From Strigamia acuminata (lineage: Eukaryota), in contig OX442314.1 of NCBI GenBank assembly GCA_949358305.1, positions 22,196,001 through 22,260,000 of the forward strand: DNA of 64,000 bases. Reading direction: 5' to 3'. Below the pieces are notes generated by a model. It ran no database searches, was not told the origin of the DNA, and worked only from the letters and a program-made list of their open reading frames with translations. This document shows positions 54,601 through 64,000 of this stretch, piece after piece. A program made the translations under genes and the position numbers. The first letter of the stretch is position 1. The number at the start of each line of letters is the position of its first letter.

Positions 54601-57079
54601 TGATGCATCAACTGAAGAGTTGAAAAAGACAATAATTCATTGTGGTACTTGTCATATAATGAAAAATGTTAGCAAGCACTTAAACACATGGAATAAAGAA
54701 GTTAAAAAACCTTTTATGTACATGTTTAGTGCACTTCTGAATTCTACAACTCTTGATGAGTATAGGCGTCTACTGGAATGTATCATTACAATTCTTTTAT
54801 GTCCATCACAATGTGACTTTTTAACCAAATGCCTTTCGCACATGGTAGAGGTAGTCAACTGTTTAGGAATCAAACCTCTTCCAACAAATTTTGAAACAGC
54901 AGAAATTGCAGATGCCACGCACATAAATTCTAACATAGCTTGTGATGATGGTGATGATGATGATGAAACAGAAGAAGAGGCCTTACTTGCAAACAGAGAA
55001 TCACCTTTCAAACGGTTGGCAGATGATGTGACATCTAAAGTTAGAACAATTTTAAATAACAATATAAAAAACAATAACAATACAAAAAATTTGTACTATG
55101 ATGAGGACATATATAAGAAATTTAAGAAATGTTATTTTGCAATCGCACCTTTGTGGACAAATCTAATGATGGGAGATATTAGCAGGCATGGTAAAACTGA
55201 GCCATATGAGTCCTACTGTCCCATCAAGGATTCCCTTAGGAAAAGTAGACCAATAAATTTTCTAGATAAACCCCCAAATACCCAAGGGATCATTGAGGTT
55301 CACCAAAAAATATTTAAATATATTCATCTGCACAATCGTGTATTCCGATTAGATGAGTTAGCAGACGAACATTACAAAGCAGTTATAGCTATGCAAAGAG
55401 AATTTAAAAAAGAACTAGCCATAAAAAATAAGAAGAAAAACAATAAGAGAGTGATTACTAAAAAACAATCCAAAATGAGTAATGAAAATGAACAGTGCAT
55501 GTTAAAAGTTAAAAAGGCAACCCAACTTGTTGTAGAAACATGGGATAGATCGCCTGCACAGACTGCAAACGAAATGCAGTCTAGAAGTAATAAAAGAAAA
55601 GGTGCGTACCAACAACCACCACGAGGAAAGAAAAATATTTTCGATCTTACCCTGAGTGTTCCCAGAAAAAAAATAACACCTACCAATCCCAATAATGCCA
55701 ACAAAGTTGTGCCAATGGAAGGTTTATTGCCTAGAAGTAATAAAAGAAAAGGTGTGGACCAACAACCACCACAAGTTAAGAAAAATATAACACCTACAAT
55801 TCCCAATAATGCCAACAAAGTTGAGCCAATGGAAGATTTATTGGATCTTAATGATCCTGAATGGGTGGATATAAAAAATTCAAATGGAAAAAAACCATAC
55901 ATATTTCTGTGGGAGAACAGAAGGAGAGATGAAGCCGAGTGTATATTGAAAATAAACAATGTTTCAATTACACTTCTACAATTACAAACATTGTTGCCAA
56001 AACGGCATTTAGAAGGAGATGTACTAGACTGTTATCTCGAAGTATTGAAAGTAGACTCAAAGAATGCTATGTACGCTTTCAATAGTTATGTCTATACAAA
56101 ATCCAAAAATGCAAATGCAAATTGGAAAAATTGTCTACCAAATTTGTCGGTTACACAAAATGTAAGATTTTTTGTGCTACCTGTTTGTGAGAGAAATCAT
56201 TGGAGTGTAATTGTGGTTGATATTCAAGATGAAGAAAACTATTTGTTAAACTCATTAGGCCAAACCACTGAAACTGAGAAAAAAGCATTGGAGTTTTTAC
56301 AAAAAATCCCCAATCTTTGTTCAAGGAGCCAAACATTGAAAAACTTCTATAATATAGAAATGCAAAATTTGGTGAGAACACCATGTATCATTCAGAATAA
56401 CGATTGGGACTGTGGAATATTTGTTTGTCGCTATGTTCAACAATTAATAAAGCATGACAATTTGGAATTGGAAATAAAAGAAAGTAACACAGCACGGGCA
56501 GATATTCTGCAAGAGTTAATAACTTTCTCTTCAACAGCTGCAACTGAAGAAAGTAATAATAACAATCAAGCAATTTCCTTCAGAAAAGAAATTGTTTCAT
56601 TGCATGCTGAATTAAATGACTTAATGAAATTTGATCCAAAAGAAGAAAAAATTCTAAATCTAGAATTACATCTTCAAAACCATTCATATTTTTTAAGAAA
56701 TAGAAAACTAAAAAGGAAATTAAAGTTTCCTAATTTGGAACAGTCGGAAGAAAGTAAATTGCATTCACTAAGCGAGGAAGAAAAAGACAAAATATCCGAA
56801 GAATTGCACGAGATATACCTAACTCCCGATAAATGGCTAATTTCGCCAGTTGATGCAGAAAGTTTAAATGCATACCTAGATAAAGATAACGATTTTGATG
56901 GTGTTAATAAGAGAGGAAAATCATTAAGATATTTAGGTGAAGTTTTATTGCCTGAAGTATTAATATACATTACACACCAACGTTCCGGTCTTTGCATTAA
57001 AAAATGTCGGGTCTTACTATCTTTAGAAGTCATTGGACAACAAATCAATGTAGACAATTTAGCAACACAGAAAGTTTAA
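51668..57079 (+). mobile_element. 1803-aa intronless Mutator/NOF-like DDE transposase polyprotein: PHD finger - USP (C19) deubiquitinase - transposase - Ulp1/SENP (C48) protease
   Basis: PHD FCFCKK..YVECTDCKDWYHFSCLG..WKCSKC (52130-52285). USP Cys box GFVNGFSNCWLSSLMQAL, QQDPIEF, His box GHYLTC..LCDDTKV. Transposase VFIDATGS, PCSVAELVTSQH, CDQSLVLINSV, HCGTCHIMK, APLWTNLM, NTQGIIEVH. C48 TLLPKRHLEGDVLDCYL, VLPVCERNHWSVIVVD, IQNNDWDCGIFVCRY. Confidence 0.85.
53117..53494 (+). repeat. Three near-identical in-frame 126-bp (42-aa) tandem repeats inside the transposase ORF
   Basis: VYNLQSKKQATEE(R/C)TNCSSLVKENKITMEETDSDTESYNSPE starting at 53117, 53243 and 53369. Confidence 0.95.
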
Positions 57080-57097
57080 ATGCGACCAATTAACAGT

Positions 57098-57253
57098 AGC
57101 TGCATTCAATAACTTTAAAACGCCTCTAAAACTCATTTTGTGTCTGCACATGTGACGTCATTCCCATCCATGTTATTCAATGGGATTGATGTCACACGTC
57201 ACACGTCACACGAAACGAGTTTTAGAGGCGTTTTTGAGTTTTTGAATGCAGCT
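57098..57253. mobile_element. 156-bp fold-back MITE with 3-bp target duplication (PIF/Harbinger-Tourist-like)
   Basis: agctgcattcaataactttaaaacgcctctaaaactc.. pairs with ..gagttttagaggcgtttttgagtttttgaatgcagct; inner tgtgacgtcattcccat pairs with atgggattgatgtcaca; AGT directly flanks both ends. Confidence 0.72.
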
Positions 57254-58560
57254 AGTGAGATTTTTAGTGAACTTAAAGCAAATTTTGTTTTATAATCCAA
57301 ATATTATGTATTAAACAGACAGTTATTTCTTTTTTCCATATTTTATTGGTATATTTCTAAAAAAATAAAATTTTGAAAGTAAAATTGGAAATGTAAACAA
57401 ATTTGAGAAAAAAATAATTTAATATTTACACCAAATTTTTGATGCAAAAATACATTTTTTTGGCAAAAAACACGATTTTTTAGGCAAAAAAAGCAAATTT
57501 TTACTTTTTATTTTGTTAATCAATATAGTTTTTTTTCATACTTTTAACACAAGTTTGATTTGTTCTATACCAAACAAGAAAAACAAAACTCCTGTGATGG
57601 TTTGGGACCTTGACGTGGTACAGGAGCTTAGTTATAGTGAATTAATAAAATCATGGCTCCATTCTTAACTTTTAGTTAGGATTGTTGATTTTACTAACGC
57701 TATATGATACTAACACCAAACCGAGATTGCAGATTTTAAATCACTGCCAAAAACCACTATCGGCATGAAAGCCTTTTTTCAAAAACATAGTTTTTTTGTT
57801 TTACTTGCCTCATCTGAAGGCAATTTGAAAATAAAAAATAAAAAACGAGGATAACAAAATAAACAACCTTTTTATTCCACGGGTTAATGATAACGAAAGC
57901 AAAATACACACAAATCATTGGTTGTAGCAGAAGCCACGCATGCGCATATCCGAAAACGGCACGCGCCAAGCCTCTGTCGGCAAAATTATAAGTTGATAAC
58001 AATTCGTTGCTATGCAACGGAGGAAAGATGAAATCACAGCAAGTTTGGCATTAAACAGAAAATACACTAAATTACAGTTGAAATAGGTCAAAATGACCAC
58101 AAAGACACAGTGAATAAAAAACGCAATTGTTAATAGGTTCGAAAATAATTCTAAATACATGAAAAATGACAAGAACGGAGTTCGCACTCCAAAGATCGGG
58201 CGCAGCCAATCAGAGCGCAGCATCGAAGCGGTTGAGATCAAGTTTGAATTCAAACCTGACCAAACCAAACAAAATGTATTTTATAAACACACATAATCAT
58301 AAAAATCAAATAGTATTTCTAGCAGTTCAAAACAATAAAATGAAAAGAGAAAATTAAACTAAAAGCATTAAAAAATTAGCATTGGATCTGAAATGTAAAC
58401 AAAAGATTAAAGTCAATAATAAATATGAAATTAAAGAATAAATACATCTTAAATCACGAAAAAAAGAAGGATATTCCACTGAGAGTTGCCAGGAAGCCGA
58501 ATGGCCAAAGCAACCCACCGAGATACGCAGAGAAGCCCTTCACACAATTCTGAAAGCTGG

Positions 58561-59745
58561 AAAAAAATTCCAAACTTTTTCATTTTTGGTTTTTAAAAGT
58601 GCAGATGACAGACAAGGTCTGTTTGCACATTCTGGCCAATTTCCATGAATATTCTATGTAGGGGTCGTGATAAAACCCCGTTTTTCTGTTTTTTGGACCA
58701 AAAACAGGTGAAAAAAATTCCAAACTTTTTCATTTTTGGATTCATGGGGGTTTTTAAAAGTGCAGATGACAGACAAGGTCTGTGTGCACATTCTGGCCAA
58801 TTTCCATGAATATTCTATGTAGGGGTCGTGATAAAACCCCGTTTTTCTGTTTTTTGGACCAAAAACAGGTGAAAAAAATTCCAAACTTTTTCATTTTTGG
58901 ATTCATGGGGGTTTTTAAAAGTGCAGATGACAGACAAGGTCTGTGTGCACATTCTGGCCAATTTCCATGAATATTCTATGTAGGGGTCGTGATAAAACCC
59001 CGTTTTTCTGTTTTTTGGACCAAAAACAGGTGAAAAAAATTCCAAACTTTTTCATTTTTGGATTCATGGGGGTTTTTAAAAGTGCAGATGACAGACAAGG
59101 TCTGTGTGCACATTCTGGCCAATTTCCATGAATATTCTATGTAGGGGTCGTGATAAAACCCCGTTTTTCTGTTTTTTGGACCAAAAACAGGTGAAAAAAA
59201 TTCCAAACTTTTTCATTTTTGGATTCATGGGGGTTTTTAAAAGTGCAGATGACAGACAAGGTCTGTTTGCACATTCTGGCCAATTTCCATGAATATTCTA
59301 TGTAGGGGTCGTGATAAAACCCCGTTTTTCTGTTTTTTGGACCAAAAACAGGTGAAAAAAATTCCAAACTTTTTCATTTTTGGATTCATGGGGGTTTTTA
59401 AAAGTGCAGATGACAGACAAGGTCTGTGTGCACATTCTGGCCAATTTCCATGAATATTCTATGTAGGGGTCGTGATAAAACCCCGTTTTTCTGTTTTTTG
59501 GACCAAAAACAGGTGAAAAAAATTCCAAACTTTTTCATTTTTGGATTCATGGGGGTTTTTAAAAGTGCAGATGACAGACAAGGTCTGTGTGCACATTCTG
59601 GCCAATTTCCATGAATATTCTATGTAGGGGTCGTGATAAAACCCCGTTTTTCTGTTTTTTGGACCAAAAACAGGTGAAAAAAATTCCAAACTTTTTCATT
59701 TTTGGATTCATGGGGGTTTTTAAAAGTGCAGATGACAGACAAGGT
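58561..59745. repeat. 161-bp tandem array (about 7.4 nearly identical copies), interrupted by the Copia LTR
   Basis: Unit aaaaaaattccaaactttttcatttttggattcatggggg..gacagacaaggtctgtgtgcacattctggccaatttccatgaatattctatgtaggggtcgtgataaaaccccg..caggtg; the ORF track repeats at exact 161-nt offsets. Confidence 0.97.
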
Positions 59746-59968
59746 TGTTGAGTGTTATTGAGTTAATGCGTATACTCAGTATTGTCATGTTTAATTTTGA
59801 TGCCGACAGAGGTCGCATATTGTAAGTGTACGTCAAGATGACGTTTTTTCTGGATTCGACCTTACTAGGCCGTATTCAATGTCAGATGTAATTGACACGT
59901 TGCACCGAATAAATGCACATTGTTAAGTTTTCCTTTAAATCGTCTGGATTATTTAACACCAACCAACA
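59746..59968 (+). mobile_element. 5' LTR (223 bp) of Ty1/Copia element
   Basis: Starts TGTTG exactly where the satellite breaks, ends CAACA, contains AATAAA, and is followed by a primer binding site. Confidence 0.85.
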
Positions 59969-59969
59969 G

Positions 59970-59980
59970 TGGTAGCAGAG
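59970..59980 (+). promoter_or_regulatory. Primer binding site for initiator tRNA-Met
   Basis: TGGTAGCAGAG is complementary to the 3' end (CUCUGCUACCA) of metazoan initiator tRNA-Met. Confidence 0.85.
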
Positions 59981-60511
59981 AGGGTGGTTACGGATTATCG
60001 GCGATATCTGAGAAGAAACAACAATTGGAATTAGCGAGAGAGTTCCCGACGGTGAAAAACCACGCCGCAAGTGGTTCCGAGTGTGCCAAGGAAATAAAAG
60101 GCACCGTAAAAGCTAAGTTATCAATTGCTTGTCTTTAAATAACAGAATCGTTGATAAGGTTCTGTTTTCAGAATTCAATTATTCGTAAATAATCACCCGG
60201 AAACGTCCGACGAGCGTTTAGACAACACGTCGTCGAGACAAAGCGTGCATTTGGTTGAAACGTCGTAGCAACGTCGCAGCCACACGGGGTTTAACGAGCG
60301 GAATCGATTAGGAATCGTAAACGTCGCTGAAACGTTCGGAAACGTGTGACGACAGCCGCCATTACCGTGTAACGAGGAGAATCAACGTTGGAAACGAAAT
60401 TCCGTTGTGCCCAGGTTCTAAAGCGGCACAATAACAGCTAAGTATAATACTTTTTAGCTGTGAAACGTGAAATTTGATTCGCTCTATTATTGTTAGGTTT
60501 TTTGAGTAACA

Positions 60512-63500
60512 ATGGCCGCGCAAGACAGTGGTTTAGGCAACATTGGCAGCATTGAAAAGCTGAATAATAAGAACTTCTTTCTCTGGCGAATGAGAGTTCG
60601 AGGAATTCTCAAAGTAAAGGAAGTTTGGCAAGCTGCTATAATTGGGGATGCACCACCTGTTCCAGTAGTAGGGGCAGACGATTTTGCAGCAGCGACAGTT
60701 CTTTGGGATGCATGGGTCAAGAAAAACGACCAAGCACTGACAATTATCGCTCTCACTCTCTCATCTGAGCAGGCTATGCGGTATAGCAACGAGGAAAACG
60801 CCAAAACACTGTGGGCCAAAATAGAAGCTCACATGGCGGGCCGCGCGCAGCGTCAACAAATTACGTGTACGTTTGAACTTTCCCGGATCAAGATGACTAA
60901 GACGGAGGATATTGACACGTACATTGACAGGGCTGAAGCACTGTCAACCAAGGTCGCTGAATTAGGAAAGGTTTTGACGCCAGAAGAAGTCGGATTCTAT
61001 GTTTTAAATGGCACGAGGCCAGAATACGAACAGACAGTAAGAGCATTAAATGCGATTGCCGATTTAACTTTGGAAGAAATCCGGGCGCAATTAAAAATCG
61101 AAGAGGAAAGGATTCGAAGGAAATCGGGAGACGATTACCAGGGCAATGCTACTGAGAAGGCTTTTAAAGCCAAAAACAAAAAGGGCTCATTTACATGCTT
61201 CAATTGTGGCAAACCCGGGCATTTTGCTAGAGATTGCTGGCGACCGAAAAAGGACAAGCAAGAAAAAGAACGACAGGAACCAAGTCAAAAAGTGACTGGA
61301 CGTAGCCGTGCGAAAGGGAAGAATCAGGCGTCATTAGCGATGAAGCGAGAGAGCGAAGATGAATTCGAATTCACCTTTCTTGCCGAAGAAGAAGCGAAAG
61401 AAGATAAGGAATGTACTTTTTCGTGGGATTGGCTCCTGGATTCCGGCGCATCTAGTCACATGACGTCTCAAAAGGGAGTCATAAACGAATTGGAACAAGA
61501 CACCCAGAGTATAGGTTTAGCCGGCAAAGGCATCAAGTTGGAGTCGGAGGGTAAAGGAAATGTGGTAATTGAAACACAAACCGGAAAATTGAAATTGACG
61601 GAAGTGTTATACGTGCCCGAACTTAAAACACAGTTGCTCTCCGTGCCGAAAATTGTGGATAACGGCTACAGGGTTCTCTTTACGCGCGAATTAGCCTATA
61701 TTATTGATGAGCAAAATAAAAAGAAAATTAAAATTCAACGCAAGGGCAATAGCTATATCCTGCAAGGAACCAATGGGCAGGCCAAACAAGAAGTCAATTT
61801 AGTCACGCAAGAGATGTGGCACCGCCGTTTAGCCCATGTCAACTATCAGACTTTGAATGAAATGCGACGCGACAACATGGTGCGTGGTTTGGATATGCCG
61901 AAGAAAATTCCAGTAGAAGTTTGTCAATCATGCATTGCAGGCAAGATGGCGGCCCAACCTTTTGAATCGGTACTGAGTCAACAATCGTCGAGAGTATTTG
62001 AGTTGTTGCACATCGACCTAATGGGGCCGATAAATCCATCAACGTATTCGGACGGGAGCTACACATTGACGATGGTTGACGATTTCAGCCGCAAGATTTT
62101 CGTCCGAATCCTACAAACGAAGGCAGAAACTTCTCGCATATTACAGGAATTTATTCTTCAACAAGAGCGCCAAAAGGAACATAAATTGAAACGTGTTAGA
62201 AGCGACAACGGCGGAGAATTTATAGCCAATACGCTGAATGTTTTCTTCAAGAAGAAGGGAATTAAACATGAATTAACCACGCCCCACGCGCCCCAGAGCA
62301 ACGCCATAGCAGAAAGAGCCAACAGAACCATTATGGAGGCAACAAGGACATTGATTTTAGATTCGAAGCTGCCAAAACGTTTTTGGGGCGAGGCGCTGCA
62401 TGTCGCAGTATTAGGAAGAAATTACTGCAAGTCGTCCTTCCACGGCAAATCTCCGGAACAAGTATGGACAGGAAGGACCCCGACAGTTAAGTATTTAAGA
62501 AGATTTGGCTGTCAGGCACATGTTCTCAAAGCAAAAATTCACCAAACCAAGTTGGATTCAAAAACCACATTAGGGATTTTTGTGGGATATTCTCTCAAAC
62601 GCAAGGCGTACCGAATATATATGCCTGAAGTGTACAAAATATTAGAAGCCAGAAATGTAAAATTTAATGAGGAAATCTTGGGATATAAATTATTATCACA
62701 AGCTCAACTCGATGAAGATAAAGAAGACGAGGTAGACATTGATATTTCGCCCTCAAAACCTCAAGAGGACGATGTTCCACAGCCAGAAAGTGACCCCTCA
62801 TCCGTATATTCGTCGGCGGAATCCGAGAGCGAAACGAGTTCGGAAGAAGAGCTCCCGCCCCCGCGGAAAGTGGGACGACCGAAAGGAACAACCAAGGACA
62901 ACATCGCAGAACGCAAAAGGAAGTTATCCGAAGCCGAGAAGAACCAAGCAGCGGGTTTCGGTTTCAGACGTTCGAAGCGTACGCAGGAATCTCAACAAAA
63001 GAAGCCGAAAGCACACACAGCTTATCTGGCTTACCAAGCGCCCAAATCTTATAAAGAAGCCATGACATCTGCGCAAAGAACAAAGTGGCAGCGCGCGATG
63101 GATGAAGAAATGGCATCAATGAAAGAACACGAGGTTTGGGAAACTGTAGACTTACCAGAAGACGAGTGTACTGTCAAATCGAAATGGGTCTTTACAATTA
63201 AGACAAACAAGCAGAGAAACATTGAACGGTACAAAGCGCGATTAGTCGCTACAGGTTATTCACAGCGACCCGGCATTGACTTTGATGAAACATATTCACC
63301 GGTAATTCGGATAGAAACACTAAGAATGCTCATAAATATCGCAGCCAAATTGGGATTAACATTAGAGCAACACGACGTAAAAACTGCTTACTTGCACGGA
63401 CGGTTGGATAAAGTCATCTTTATGCTAGAGCCAGAAGGATACAAGAGTAAGAAAAAACGCAAAGTATGCAGGCTCTTGAAAAGCATCTACGGGCTCAAGC

Positions 63501-64000
63501 AGAGCGGTAGATGTTGGTTTGAGAAGATGGACGAAGAACTCAAGAAATTGGGTTTCCAACAATCGACGTGTGATCCGTGCTTGTATCTTGTCAGGCGAGG
63601 AAACGATTTCCTATTTTTGGGTATATATGTCGACGATACGGTGACATTGAGCAGCACACCAAAATTCAAGAAAGAATATTTATTGAGATTGACATTAGAA
63701 ATCGAATTGCTGGATTTAGGCGAGCTAGCGTTCATCTTAGGTTTAGAAATCGACCAAATGGAGGGAAAGATCCGTTTAAACCAAAACGGATATATCATAA
63801 AGATTCTAGAAAAGTATGGCATGGACGTTTGCAACCCATCCAAGACACCGATGGATGTTAGCCAGGATCTAAATGAGTACAGTGAAAGTCCGAAGGTTGA
63901 CCCAACCAGATATCAAGAAATGATTGGTTCACTCCTATACCTGGCGACTGGGTCACGCCCAGATTTGAGTTTCCCAGTCAGTTGTCTTGCGCAATACAGC
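60512..64000 (+). mobile_element. Ty1/Copia gag-pol polyprotein, apparently intact, truncated by the window end
   Basis: IEKLNNKNFFLWRMRVRGIL (gag), CFNCGKPGHFARDC (Zn knuckle), WLLDSGASSHM (protease), WHRRLAH..CQSC, ELLHIDLMGP, RSDNGGEF, AERANRTIME (integrase), then KARLVATGYSQRPGIDFDETYSPV, LLKSIYGLKQSGRCW, IYVDD (RT). PR-IN-RT order defines Copia. Confidence 0.95.

Noticed and set aside
58561..59745. CRISPR-like array or repeated 62-76 aa ORFs
   Set aside because: Units are wholly identical with no unique spacers, there are no cas genes and the DNA is eukaryotic; the ORFs are by-products of the tandem repeat.

Overview
AT-rich, gene-dense animal (probably arthropod-like invertebrate) genomic DNA with mostly 50-100 nt spliceosomal introns; it is not prokaryotic. 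Bases 1-47.3 kb hold about 18 tightly packed genes: the 3' end of a myosin phosphatase targeting subunit (MYPT/PPP1R12) with duplicated leucine-zipper terminal exons, a sulfotransferase with an N-terminal extension, a CUB-like surface protein, NADSYN1, a RhoGAP, a divergent ethanolamine-kinase-like gene, GBE1, ACTL6A, FICD, TSSC4, RNASEK, PLEKHF2, OXCT1, MTG1 and three orphan ORFs. Two introns look minor-spliceosome (U12) type, one with rare AT-AA ends. From about 47.3 kb the window becomes a mobile-DNA block. It contains a GW/GN-repeat ORF with an RG-repeat tail, dispersed direct and inverted repeats, and an intact intronless 1803-aa ORF fusing PHD finger + USP-type deubiquitinase + Mutator/NOF-like DDE transposase + Ulp1/SENP protease. 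After that come a fold-back MITE, a 161-bp tandem array and an intact Ty1/Copia retrotransposon that runs off the window. The best candidate for an undescribed system is this transposon-borne chromatin reader/DUB/deSUMOylase with its GW/RG neighbour, a possible anti-silencing module. All gene models were spliced by eye and family assignments come from recalled motifs; no database searches were run.
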